From NCBI GenBank assembly GCA_050115675.1, contig JASFQB010000003.1, positions 98,673 through 162,672 of the forward strand: a stretch of DNA of 64,000 nt, given 5' to 3'. The stretch is from Candidatus Woesebacteria bacterium. Lineage in GTDB: Bacteria; Patescibacteriota; Saccharimonadia; Saccharimonadales; EFPC-124. Made by a program: the position numbers and the translations under genes. The notes below the pieces were generated by a model. The model was not told where the DNA came from, did no database searches, and worked only from the letters and a program-made list of their open reading frames with translations. Below, one piece after another: positions 9,371 through 18,439 of this stretch. Within the stretch, counting starts at the first letter, position 1; each line of letters starts with the position of its first letter.

Positions 9371-10570
9371 ATGATAACTAGGATAAAGATAGAAAACTAT
9401 AAGAGCATCGAGGAAGTAACCCTTGACCTCAAGGGTATGAATGCGTTCATCGGCAAAAATGGCGCTGGCAAAACGACATTTATATCTATCTTCAATCTTT
9501 TGAAGCACCTTGCTTCTGGCGATAAGCTCGAACATGCCGTCGAGTATATTGCTCCTCTTGGGTTCGATCTTTTTAATTTCAACCGAACAAGTAATTCAGC
9601 CAAACTTCGCATAACAGTTCAGGCTGAAACCAACCTTTACGAGCTAGCCTTTACTATAAGCTATAACGACTTACGCGGACGATCTTTTGTTATTAGTGAA
9701 GAAAGTCTTACCAAACTTGGGGGTGACCGAGGCCAGTTAATCTATCGGCGAAATAATGAAAGCGGCACCTTAGAAGTCAGCCATGGAGATACTATTGCTG
9801 GTTTGCCATTGAAAATTGAAGGCAACAAGTTAGCGCTAAGCTCGTATTCAAATGAAGATGCGCGCATAGTCGCAGAGACTCTGAGCACATATACTATCAT
9901 TTGGCTTGATAGCGTCCACCGTGACAGCGAAGGTTATAGTTTCGTAAGGGGCGATAATCCTAATCTAAACACTATCGATGGTGTGGCCGTTGATCTATAT
10001 AAGCGTGATCCTGATCGTTTCAAAGAAGCAATATCTGCAATAAAGAAGATAATACCCGATCTCGTTGAACCTAGGATCGTAAGCTTGGATGAAGCTTTCC
10101 GCGACAACCGTGTTGCCGCAAACATAAAAGCAAACAACGAAAAGAAAATAGATAATTATGCCGTAACTTGGTCTGACAATACGTATTCACGCAATATAAC
10201 TAGATTGTCATTGTCGGGTGGTAATGCAAGGGTAATCTATCTTATTTTATCTTTGTTTAATACACGAACTAAATCCTGCTTCGTGGCAGAGGAGATTGAA
10301 AACGGCCTGCACACTAGCCGAATCGGAAAGCTTATTGACGAGTTGCGTACTATCGTAAAAATAAACAAAATACAACTAATCTTCACGACTCATAATTATC
10401 AAATACTGGATAAGTTATTGCCTGATGAAGTAGTGTTTTGTCAGCTTGGGAATAAAGGGTCTACCTACAAGCGCGTGAATGAAACCAAGGAATATCAATT
10501 GATAAAGGAACAGTTAGGTAGCGAGCCTACTAGTTCTGATGTAGTTAACTCGGGGCTCCTTTACGATTAG
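9371..10570 (+). CDS. ABC/SMC-like AAA ATPase (AAA_15/21-type, defence-associated class)
   Basis: 399 aa. MITRIKIENYKSI, Walker A GKNGAGKTT, LSLSGGNARV, Walker B-like CFVAEEIENGLH, FTTHNYQ. Confidence 0.85.
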   Translation: MITRIKIENYKSIEEVTLDLKGMNAFIGKNGAGKTTFISIFNLLKHLASGDKLEHAVEYIAPLGFDLFNFNRTSNSAKLRITVQAETNLYELAFTISYNDLRGRSFVISEESLTKLGGDRGQLIYRRNNESGTLEVSHGDTIAGLPLKIEGNKLALSSYSNEDARIVAETLSTYTIIWLDSVHRDSEGYSFVRGDNPNLNTIDGVAVDLYKRDPDRFKEAISAIKKIIPDLVEPRIVSLDEAFRDNRVAANIKANNEKKIDNYAVTWSDNTYSRNITRLSLSGGNARVIYLILSLFNTRTKSCFVAEEIENGLHTSRIGKLIDELRTIVKINKIQLIFTTHNYQILDKLLPDEVVFCQLGNKGSTYKRVNETKEYQLIKEQLGSEPTSSDVVNSGLLYD

Positions 10571-10579
10571 GCGCTATCT

Positions 10580-11185
10580 ATGAGAAAGATTCATGTTGGC
10601 ATAGCATATGAGGGCAGCGCAGACATAGATGCGCTTAAGATTATAGTCAGAAGAATATTGAATATCTGTGATCTTGATTTCGAGCCGGATACCGTCCACC
10701 CAGAGACTCCAGGCTCTGGTATCATCGGTTATATTGAGGCTTATGCGCAACGCTTCACCGATGCAGATGTTGCGCTGCCTATATATTGCACCGATCAAGA
10801 CAAAGACAAGAAAAGCCGCCGTGAAATAATTATCGCAAAATTAAAAAAGGCAACACCTAACACTGTAGACGTGTCCGCCATCGGTGTATCGATACCACAC
10901 TTTGAAGCGTGGTTAATTACAGACGAGGATGCAGTTAAGAATACTATAGGGCTACCAGGCGGTGAGCCGCTCCCTTTGTCTAACCTACAGCCTAAGGATA
11001 GGCTTATCTCGTTGTATCAAAACTACTATGAGGGCGATCTTTCCGTGGCAGATATTCGCTGCCGACTCGCCAGCATTATGGATTTGGGTCAGGTTCAGCG
11101 CAACAAGGACGATTTCAACCACTTTGTTAATGACATAAAACGTGCCGCGAACATCATAAAAAACAACCACAGGGCGGAGCGCTGA
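10580..11185 (+). CDS. Toprim-like small protein (DUF4276/DUF4435/RloB-like partner of the ATPase)
   Basis: 201 aa, 9 nt after the ATPase stop. N-terminal strand plus EG (HVGIAYEGSADIDAL) and acidic CTDQDKD motif in Toprim-like spacing. Family call is by motif only. Confidence 0.55.
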   Translation: MRKIHVGIAYEGSADIDALKIIVRRILNICDLDFEPDTVHPETPGSGIIGYIEAYAQRFTDADVALPIYCTDQDKDKKSRREIIIAKLKKATPNTVDVSAIGVSIPHFEAWLITDEDAVKNTIGLPGGEPLPLSNLQPKDRLISLYQNYYEGDLSVADIRCRLASIMDLGQVQRNKDDFNHFVNDIKRAANIIKNNHRAER

Positions 11186-11186
11186 C

Positions 11187-12110
11187 TTGACGAATGCTAA
11201 AAAGCTTGATGTGTCACTTTATAGCTTAGTTATTTACCAGAATGACTCATTTGTAGACGGCTTGTATCAATCTATGTGCGGCGGAAAGATTGACACGAGC
11301 ACGCAGGAAGATGGGAGTGCAAATAAGAAGGCTGGTTCCGTTAAAGCTTCTGGGGGCGCAAATTTCACTATCCTTAGTAAAGGCGCAAAAGCTGATGTGT
11401 CAGGATCGGGGAACCTCGAGACAAACAAGAACAGTAGAACGACTCATGTGATGAGTTACACGCAGTCATATTATCTTCATAAAGTCAGAGAAAAATTCTA
11501 TCAAGGCAGTGGGGTCAAAAAACTCAACGTAGCCGGTGATTTTAATGGATTGATTGGTAGTGATTTTGTAGAATTCAAAGCAACTTTTGAGAAGAATGAC
11601 ATTGTTAATGTTTTAGATATGATTACTCCGCAGCTTGGTGGTGTTATAGGTTATAACCTATACGCAAAAGGTAAGAGCGATGCCGATTTTAGTCAAAATC
11701 AAGCAACAGGACAATTTGAACTCGGAAAATCAATTGTAGAAGCCTTGCAAAAAGAATTCAGAAATGAAACCAGCTCAGAATTTTATGGGAAAATTATTGA
11801 TAGGGCTAGTAAACCAATCGGAGTAACTGCTGTTTTAATTTGCGATAAGCAATTCTTCGCAAATGCGGATGACGACCGTATACTTGACGGTGAGTTCACG
11901 GTGTTTGGCAAAGTTGTAGCAAAAAGTAACGAAGGTTTGTCAAAGTTCGAGAGGAACAAGCTGTTAAAACGCATAAAAACCAAAGGCAAAGAATGGCTTG
12001 TTAATAAAATTGCGGAGCAAAAAAATATAGGACAATACGTAGACACTTCGGTAGAGCTAGATATAAAGGGAAACGTTATTAAGATCATTCCAATCGCTAT
12101 TTATACATAG
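11187..12110 (+). CDS. hypothetical protein, third gene of the ATPase operon
   Basis: 307-aa ORF. TTG start lies 1 nt after the previous stop, with GGCGGAG upstream (first in-frame ATG at 11274). No recognisable motif. G/S/A/K-rich alternating N-terminal third. Confidence 0.55.
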   Translation: MTNAKKLDVSLYSLVIYQNDSFVDGLYQSMCGGKIDTSTQEDGSANKKAGSVKASGGANFTILSKGAKADVSGSGNLETNKNSRTTHVMSYTQSYYLHKVREKFYQGSGVKKLNVAGDFNGLIGSDFVEFKATFEKNDIVNVLDMITPQLGGVIGYNLYAKGKSDADFSQNQATGQFELGKSIVEALQKEFRNETSSEFYGKIIDRASKPIGVTAVLICDKQFFANADDDRILDGEFTVFGKVVAKSNEGLSKFERNKLLKRIKTKGKEWLVNKIAEQKNIGQYVDTSVELDIKGNVIKIIPIAIYT

Positions 12111-12150
12111 TTTTCTAGCTTATGGGCTACGGAGAAAGGACGGTAGTTTT

Positions 12151-12315
12151 ATGCGTAAACCAACAACAAGACAGATCAAGGATTTAACAAAGAGCATAGA
12201 AAAAGATCAACTGAAAATGAAGCCTGCGGAGAAGAGGGTTAAAATCGATATGACTTTTAATAAAGCTGTTATGAAAATGGGGCAAACTCCGCCGCCTAAA
12301 AAAGAGGCTAAATAA
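12151..12315 (+). CDS. possible 54-aa basic small protein
   Basis: Hand-found ORF below the track cutoff: MRKPTTRQIKDLTKSIEKDQLKMKPAEKRVKIDMTFNKAVMKMGQTPPPKKEAK. GGAGAAAGGA lies ~11 nt upstream. Last ORF before IRR. Confidence 0.3.
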   Translation: MRKPTTRQIKDLTKSIEKDQLKMKPAEKRVKIDMTFNKAVMKMGQTPPPKKEAK

Positions 12316-12331
12316 TTCTCTTTTCCAAATT

Positions 12332-12355
12332 GGTAACATCAAGTATATAATTGCC
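12332..12355. repeat. IRR of the IS1595-family transposon
   Basis: GGTAACATCAAGTATATAATTGCC is the reverse complement of IRL with one mismatch. Confidence 0.85.
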
Positions 12356-12363
12356 TAATTTTA
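12356..12363. repeat. right target-site duplication TAATTTTA
   Basis: Identical to 5447-5454. Confidence 0.8.
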
Positions 12364-12381
12364 TATACTAAACAAGAAAAA

Positions 12382-12410
12382 CCCGCGCATGCCGTGGGGC
12401 GAAGCGCGGG
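12382..12410 (-). terminator. terminator of 12427-13263 gene
   Basis: Stem CCCGCGC / GCGCGGG, followed on the minus strand by TTTTTCTTGTT. Confidence 0.55.
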
Positions 12411-12426
12411 CGAGGCAATGATCGTG

Positions 12427-13263
12427 TCAAAGCCTTGGAAGGTCGTCGATCGCATTGGGTGCGTGACTTTTTAGTAAGCCAACAATCAGCTTACGAACTG
12501 CAATGTAAGTCTGAGTTGATGTGGCGTTATTCGATTTGCTCTCGTAGCATCCTCCCAATTGTGCATCGTAAATCATTTCTACCTCAACGTTAGCAGCCAC
12601 CTCTGTAACGGTAGTAACCAAGAAGTTGGCATTGTCTGTACCACAGCTCCAACGGCACCATTTGGGCATGCTAGTGGCTTTCGCAATGCGATATGTCCCT
12701 CCGTAGCCCCATTCGCCGTTCGTGTCAATGTACGCGTAGTGATCTGCACTGCTTTTTGGCATCCACCATCCTGGATTTGGCCCAAATCCGAGTGTCTTGG
12801 CGACCTCTGTGTTGAGTCCGGGCTGGTTGATGCTAGACATTTTTTGCCAAAAATAGAGAACCATGTCTTCGATTACAGCGTAGATTGCCTCTTGCCTGTC
12901 TAGATAGTTGGCTACTTGCTCATCGCTTGGTTGCTGGTATTGTTCTGAAACTCGAATACTTTGATGACTCAAATTACCATCTTTTTTGCGCCATTTTTTC
13001 AGTTCGTCTCTGAGTTTGCGAATCTCCTCCTTGCTGCTGCTATAGATGATATGCGCCCAGAACAGCGACAATGCTGCAAAAATCGCAATAAGAATCAAGC
13101 TCCAGTTCCACACATCTTTTGCTCCCCTGCTCTCGTTGTATTCTATGCAGTTTTGACCAGCAAAATACATAAGCATCGCTGGCACAGCTACGACAAAAGC
13201 AATTAAGATGATAGCGCGTATTGCTTTGTTGCGCGACTCCCTTTTGCTGAGCTCACCGTACAT
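12427..13263 (-). CDS. hypothetical membrane-anchored protein (2 TM, coiled-coil, Trp/Cys-rich C-domain)
   Basis: The ORF track starts at 13335 (GTG). I prefer ATG 13263 (MYGELSKRES...), preceded by GGAGG 5 nt upstream. Confidence 0.55.
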   Translation of the reverse strand: MYGELSKRESRNKAIRAIILIAFVVAVPAMLMYFAGQNCIEYNESRGAKDVWNWSLILIAIFAALSLFWAHIIYSSSKEEIRKLRDELKKWRKKDGNLSHQSIRVSEQYQQPSDEQVANYLDRQEAIYAVIEDMVLYFWQKMSSINQPGLNTEVAKTLGFGPNPGWWMPKSSADHYAYIDTNGEWGYGGTYRIAKATSMPKWCRWSCGTDNANFLVTTVTEVAANVEVEMIYDAQLGGCYESKSNNATSTQTYIAVRKLIVGLLKSHAPNAIDDLPRL

Positions 13264-13467
13264 TTTTGCCTCCAAAAAAGTAGACTTACTCAAATTTACT
13301 ATAACATTAACTACAAGAACAGTCAACAATTCCACAAAGAACGAGCTTGATGCACTAATTAAGATCGCTCTATGAGATCCTTAGGGATGATAGGGCATAA
13401 TTCTGTTAGACAAAAAACACACAAACAGCCCCTTGCTTTCGGCAAAAACCAATAGTAAGGGGTATTT

Positions 13468-13503
13468 TTATGACCCGCGGTTGAGTTTAAATTCGTCTCG
13501 TAG
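13468..13503 (-). other. 36-bp remnant duplicating the 3' end of the VirB6-like gene
   Basis: Minus-strand reading LRDEFKLNRGS* versus the gene's own end LRDEFKLNRGA* (13738-13773). An in-frame stop lies immediately upstream of the remnant. Confidence 0.6.
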
Positions 13504-13603
13504 TCGCTATGTCAAGCCGCAAAGAGTTCGGGGCTGTTGGTCGTGTCAAACTTAAAAAATAATTTGCCTGTAAATGTAAAGTATCATGTTGTATTAAGTT
13601 AAA

Positions 13604-13640
13604 TGCCCACCTTCGTTGACCTGTAGCAACGAAGGTGGCA
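13604..13640 (-). terminator. hairpin downstream of the VirB6-like gene
   Basis: 11-bp stem CACCTTCGTTG / CAACGAAGGTG, plus GCC/GGC with one bulge. Confidence 0.5.
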
Positions 13641-13737
13641 AGCAGTCATTCTGAAATCATGTTCGATATTCCGATGTGCTCCACTCTTATTGTGCAAGAA
13701 CGTTCTAACAAATAAATCTCAATCTGTAAATAGCGGC

Positions 13738-16700
13738 TTACGCTCCGCGGTTAAGCTTAAATTCGTCGCGCAACTCCTGAATAATGTTGTCTCGTGTATA
13801 GTATCTAGTTGGTGTGCCTGCAGGTGTACCCATAGGTGCCGGTCTTGCCTGGTCTGCAAGCTCGTTTCGGATAGATCTGATAATTTTTTCTTTTGCACGA
13901 ACGTCTTGTATGTCGTCAAGTCCAGAGATAACTGTGCGCAAATTCTCTCGTCCTGTTCTTGGGTCAGTTATGTAGGCGCGTAAACTAGCTTCGCCAGAAG
14001 AAATTGCTCTGCGTTGTGTATGGTTGGCTGGGTCTGGGTCAGAGGTATCCATCACAGGTGTTCCATCTGGATTGAAGTAGAGATCAGCTTCCTCGTTAGC
14101 ATTAGCATAACGCACAAATTCTCCGGCACCATCTCCAATTGTAAATGGATGTCTGCTGTAGTTTTGCGGGGCCACCTCAGACCAGCCGTATTTTGTTTGG
14201 CCAGACGCGTTGGTTTCGGTGGCAGCAAAAGAATCCTCTCTTCTGGTGCCGCCTGCCTGCACTACAAGATCACCGCGACCCTTGCTGCGCCACGTACTAC
14301 GCGAATATTCCGCCAAACTCTGAATATCTTTGTTAGCGGTACCGGGACTGAGCTCTCGTACCTTGTCGTATGCTTGAAGTAGCATTTGTTTGTTGCCGCG
14401 GCCACTGTCCGCTACAAGCTGCTGGGCTGCGATAAACGAATCTGCAGAGCGGTCTCTACGGTCAAGCACCATTTGTCTGTAAACTTGCTTTTGAGCGTCA
14501 TTTAATTTATCAAATTGAGTCGTGTTAGTTTTACCTCCAGATTGAATCCAGGCCTCCGCAATTTCGTAGTCGCCGTTAAGCATCTTTTTAAAGCTGTCTT
14601 GTTCTTCGCGTTTTTGACGGTCAATGTCTAAAGCTCTGTTTGAGCCGTATCCGCCGGTAATTGCGTTAAATGGCCGACTAGTGTTCAATCCACGATTGAC
14701 CCAAGATTTCGCTCTTGCTCCAGGGTGTAAAATTCTTGAGCCACTGTAGTTGCCTGCTGCAATTTCTCTGTCTCGCTCTGCTTTTCGGTTTGCACGGAAT
14801 CTACCAAAACCTGAGTTTTCGTAAGCTTTGGTGGTGCTTTGTTTTAGGTTTTCTCCACCACGGCGAAGAGAGTTGGCTGCTTTGCTAATTAATGCCCCGC
14901 CGGCCATAAATGTTGCAGGTATTAATACGAGTGGTAATGCAGATGCAAATGTTACGGTTCCCATTTTAACGGCACTTGCCACCGTGTCTGACCCAGATTC
15001 GCCTGTAGAAAGCTGTAGGTCGCCACAGTTAATCAATGCGGCAATAATCTTTCCTAAAGCAAATAGCAAAACAATCATTGGATACATCATCAACAACTTA
15101 ATTAGAAGCTCGCGCCATTTAGAAAAGTACTGTTCTGTATTTGGCAGCAACCAGGCCACAAAAGCCAAAGGTGCAACTATAACAAGCAAAAGGATCAACA
15201 TTTGCCTTAATATAAGTGTCACAACGGCAACCAAGACAATTATAAATACGGTCCCCAAAAGGCTAAGTATTAGGCTTATTGCTGCTCCGCCTGTGCCAGT
15301 AACTGCCGCGCCAAGGCCGATAACCAGAAACGCCCAGAAATCTCCAGAGCTTCCACCAACTTGTCCTGCGCAGACGCCACTGCTATCTATCACCCCCATC
15401 ACCAACTGTGCTACTCCAGCTCCAAATACGTTAAACGCATCAATTATAAATGCGACTATATAGTAAGACAGATTTGTTCCTATGGCTACAAGTATTAATC
15501 TTGGCAGTAATTTTTTAATGCCGTAATTGCTTAACCCTATAGAGGTAGCCTGAGAAAATATAATTATAAAGAAGGCTACGATAAACAGTATGTTGGCTAT
15601 ATTGCGAATACTCTCCCAAAGTTTATATATGGCGTTATTTGAGTCTTGGCTTAAGGGAGAGACTGTTAGGTAGGGTGTGATTAAGTTATTTTGGATAAAC
15701 TCGGTAGAATTTATTATAAGTTCTGTAATTGGGCAAAGTATCCAAGATAACGCGCCGGCTAGGCCTTCCCCCGCGGAGCAAGTGGCGGTTTCGCTGTCGC
15801 TGGTAGCATCGTTTGCTGTAGATTCGTTAGATAGTGTTATTGCAGTGTCTTGGTTTGCATTTACAACGATATCCGACTGACTTACGGTAATGTTTGGATC
15901 GGCCCATTCTGCAATAATATTGTCTTCTGTTGCTGTGGCGCGATCGTTATAGTTTATGCTTAATCCGTAAGTGCCGGGTTCTAGGTTGGGTATTGTTAGT
16001 TGGCCATCCTTAAGGGTGTACCAGTCAGAAGTGTTATTGCCCGTTTTGCCGGATGGCCCGGTAAGGGTAATTGAGATAACTCCTTCTTTTTCTGCCGTGC
16101 CAGTTCTACGCGTATCGCCAACTGGAGCGTTGGGCCGTATGGTCGTGAAAGTTCCAACGATTCTTCCTTGCCCGCTTTGTGCGTTGCCCGTAAGCGAAGA
16201 TGCTTTGGTAACAGTCCAGTTACCGCTTTTAACTTCGCTACATGCGTTTACGTCAATATTTTGCTGTTGGCCATTTACCTTAACGGTTATTGTTACCTGG
16301 CTGTAGTTGTCACTAGTATTGCATGTTACTGCAGTTCCAGAAACCTGATACCCCAGTCCGCGGCTGTCTTTTTGACTGTAATATAGCGTGTCGTTACTTT
16401 TAGCAAAAGTAGACGGAAACCCACTTAATAGCTGGCCCTGGGCATTGCTTATGGTTATTTCTGCGTTGGATACTGGCTGACTAAAGGTCACTACAAACTC
16501 TACAAACGAAAGGTTTGCTTCTTCGCCAAGACATGCACCAGAATACGTAGATTTGTATCCTAGGCTATAGCCTTGGGCTAAACATGGTGTTTTTTCTGCT
16601 GCGGCTACGGGTTTAATCGTGTTAGACGCTACTAAAGTAATAAATCCAAGCGTTAGCAAAAAGGCAGCAAAAACAATGCCTCTTTTAGGCTTTAACTTCC

Positions 16701-16740
16701 CTAAAATGCTTTTTATAACACCACTCATCTTTGTGATCAT
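13738..16740 (-). CDS. VirB6/TrbL-like polytopic T4SS channel protein with large extracellular N-domain and charged C-domain
   Basis: 1000 aa. Signal/TM N-terminus, ~330-aa Cys-containing Ser/Thr/Asn-rich ectodomain, central block of multiple TM helices (aa ~370-620), long cytoplasmic tail. Divergent from the pilin array. Confidence 0.6.
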   Translation of the reverse strand: MITKMSGVIKSILGKLKPKRGIVFAAFLLTLGFITLVASNTIKPVAAAEKTPCLAQGYSLGYKSTYSGACLGEEANLSFVEFVVTFSQPVSNAEITISNAQGQLLSGFPSTFAKSNDTLYYSQKDSRGLGYQVSGTAVTCNTSDNYSQVTITVKVNGQQQNIDVNACSEVKSGNWTVTKASSLTGNAQSGQGRIVGTFTTIRPNAPVGDTRRTGTAEKEGVISITLTGPSGKTGNNTSDWYTLKDGQLTIPNLEPGTYGLSINYNDRATATEDNIIAEWADPNITVSQSDIVVNANQDTAITLSNESTANDATSDSETATCSAGEGLAGALSWILCPITELIINSTEFIQNNLITPYLTVSPLSQDSNNAIYKLWESIRNIANILFIVAFFIIIFSQATSIGLSNYGIKKLLPRLILVAIGTNLSYYIVAFIIDAFNVFGAGVAQLVMGVIDSSGVCAGQVGGSSGDFWAFLVIGLGAAVTGTGGAAISLILSLLGTVFIIVLVAVVTLILRQMLILLLVIVAPLAFVAWLLPNTEQYFSKWRELLIKLLMMYPMIVLLFALGKIIAALINCGDLQLSTGESGSDTVASAVKMGTVTFASALPLVLIPATFMAGGALISKAANSLRRGGENLKQSTTKAYENSGFGRFRANRKAERDREIAAGNYSGSRILHPGARAKSWVNRGLNTSRPFNAITGGYGSNRALDIDRQKREEQDSFKKMLNGDYEIAEAWIQSGGKTNTTQFDKLNDAQKQVYRQMVLDRRDRSADSFIAAQQLVADSGRGNKQMLLQAYDKVRELSPGTANKDIQSLAEYSRSTWRSKGRGDLVVQAGGTRREDSFAATETNASGQTKYGWSEVAPQNYSRHPFTIGDGAGEFVRYANANEEADLYFNPDGTPVMDTSDPDPANHTQRRAISSGEASLRAYITDPRTGRENLRTVISGLDDIQDVRAKEKIIRSIRNELADQARPAPMGTPAGTPTRYYTRDNIIQELRDEFKLNRGA

Positions 16741-16863
16741 TATAGTATATTTGGCGAAGCAATACCATTTTATGAATTAAAATATTTTTATGGTTAAAAA
16801 CAAGTAAAACAGGTATAGTGTATTTTGAAGAATCCTCAGTTTTGATATAATTTAAGTATAAAT

Positions 16864-17349
16864 ATGATAAACATCAAAAAAATAACCACCCCTTTAAGCA
16901 TAATTATTGTTTTGCTTGCGGTTTTGGGTGTAAATTTAGTTTTTTCTCCGTCTCCTGCCTATGCATGTGCGCAAAATGAGGTTTTAGAAAACGGCGAATG
17001 TGTAGAAAAATGCCCAGATGGGTACATATATACAACAATTGGAGTTGGCGCAAATCCAGACGACCCCTCTAGGCCAAATTGCATAAAAGCAGATACTGGT
17101 GGCGATGTTCAAAATAATATTATTGTTGTTTGGTTGAAAGCAATTTTGCGGTTTCTTGCTGGTGGTGTTGGGATAGCTGTAGTTGGCGGAATAGTCTATG
17201 GTGGAATTTTGCGTCTTACTGCTCAGGGAAACGCTGCTCAAGCGCAAAAGTCTACTACTGTTATTATTAACTCTGTAATCGCCTTGATACTGTTTATATT
17301 AATGTACGCCATATTAAACTGGGTAATTCCCGGGGGGATACTCTCGTAA
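16864..17349 (+). CDS. T4SS pilin-like protein, paralog 1 (TrbC/VirB2-type)
   Basis: Signal/TM, Cys-rich CAQNEVLENGECVEKCPDG region, and a C-terminal two-helix hairpin aligned with paralogs 2-6 (GGILRLTAQGNAAQAQKS). Confidence 0.6.
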   Translation: MINIKKITTPLSIIIVLLAVLGVNLVFSPSPAYACAQNEVLENGECVEKCPDGYIYTTIGVGANPDDPSRPNCIKADTGGDVQNNIIVVWLKAILRFLAGGVGIAVVGGIVYGGILRLTAQGNAAQAQKSTTVIINSVIALILFILMYAILNWVIPGGILS

Positions 17350-17768
17350 TGAAAAAAGCACTCATTGTATTATTAATGTTTTTAGCTTCGTTTGGCATGT
17401 CGGCTAGCCTTGTTGATCCTGTTGCAGCTGCACCAGTGCAAGCTCAGTTTGCGGTGTGTGCCAGTGGTGACTTTTTTGGCTTCCCGTCTTGGGATTCGTG
17501 CTTGCCTAAAAAAGCTGATGGCTCCCCTGCAATAAACAGCCTTTCGGACGTCTGGCTTATTGCCTTCCCCATTGTAGAATCAATAATCAGGGCGGCTGCA
17601 TATATTGCAGTAGGATTTATAATTTGGGGCGGCATAAAATTCATTAAAAGTCAGGGCGATCCAGGTGAAATTGCCCAGGCGCGTTTAATAATACAAAATG
17701 CAATTATTGGTTTAGTGATTTGTATACTATCAGTTACTGTAGTGCGATTTATCGCGGATAGATTTTAA
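17349..17768 (+). CDS. T4SS pilin-like protein, paralog 2
   Basis: TAATG overlap with paralog 1. Signal peptide. C-terminal hairpin WGGIKFIKSQGDPGEIAQARLIIQNAIIGLV. Confidence 0.6.
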   Translation: MKKALIVLLMFLASFGMSASLVDPVAAAPVQAQFAVCASGDFFGFPSWDSCLPKKADGSPAINSLSDVWLIAFPIVESIIRAAAYIAVGFIIWGGIKFIKSQGDPGEIAQARLIIQNAIIGLVICILSVTVVRFIADRF

Positions 17769-17773
17769 AAAAT

Positions 17774-18073
17774 ATGAACATGTTAAAGATACTGGCAACT
17801 GGAGTAACCGTACCAAGTCAAGATGTAGGCGTTCCGACGGTTAGTGCAAATGATGCTTTTATATCAATCGTTTTAAATATTGCCTTTACAGTTATCGGGG
17901 GCGTTGCGGTGCTCTTTTTGGTCATAGGTGCTTTTAGGTACATAATTAGTAATGGCGACCAATCGCAAATACAAAAAGCTAAAAATACCATAATGTATGC
18001 AGTTGTTGGGTTGGTGGTCACTTTGTTGGCGTTTACTATTGTACAATTTGTATTAGGAAGGATATACGGATGA
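17774..18073 (+). CDS. T4SS pilin-like protein, paralog 3
   Basis: GAFRYIISNGDQSQIQKAKNTIMYAVVGLVV core. Confidence 0.65.
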   Translation: MNMLKILATGVTVPSQDVGVPTVSANDAFISIVLNIAFTVIGGVAVLFLVIGAFRYIISNGDQSQIQKAKNTIMYAVVGLVVTLLAFTIVQFVLGRIYG

Positions 18074-18432
18074 AAAAAGCACTAGCAATATTTGCACTTA
18101 TTGTAACCTTAATGGTTCCCCTGCCAGCCGCAGCCCAGGTGGATGTATTTCCTCAATGTTCTACGAGCGGTTCGGACTCGGCTATTTGCAGGGGTGGAGA
18201 GTCGTTGTTCGGCCCAAGTAGTATTTGGAACAGAATATTAAATGCAATAACTTACGTTGCTGGTGCGGTTGCGGTTTTAATGATTATTGTGGGTGGGTTG
18301 CGGTACACTCTTTCTAACGGCGATCAAGCAGGAATAAACGCCGCAAAAAACACTATTCTCTACTCTGTAATTGGTTTGGTTTTAACGATAATGGCCAACG
18401 CAATAATCAATTTTGTACTGATAAACATTTAG
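18070..18432 (+). CDS. T4SS pilin-like protein, paralog 4
   Basis: ATGA overlap with paralog 3. Signal peptide, 2 Cys. GGLRYTLSNGDQAGINAAKNTILYSVIGLVL. Confidence 0.65.
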   Translation: MKKALAIFALIVTLMVPLPAAAQVDVFPQCSTSGSDSAICRGGESLFGPSSIWNRILNAITYVAGAVAVLMIIVGGLRYTLSNGDQAGINAAKNTILYSVIGLVLTIMANAIINFVLINI

Positions 18433-18439
18433 GAACAAT

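Larger units (their letters stand above)
5455..12355 (+). mobile_element. IS1595-family unit transposon (6,901 bp) with passenger genes
   Basis: Bounded by 24-bp terminal inverted repeats (23/24 match) and a perfect 8-bp direct repeat. One IS1595-type transposase sits at the left end. No second IR copy is seen right after the transposase. Confidence 0.8.

Noticed and set aside
14828-15463. 211-aa plus-strand ORF, and several others (14014-14382, 15971-16306, 16168-16386), inside the VirB6-like gene
   Set aside because: They are antisense shadow ORFs within a 1000-aa gene that has a coherent signal/TM/tail architecture. They have no RBS or promoter and low-complexity translations.
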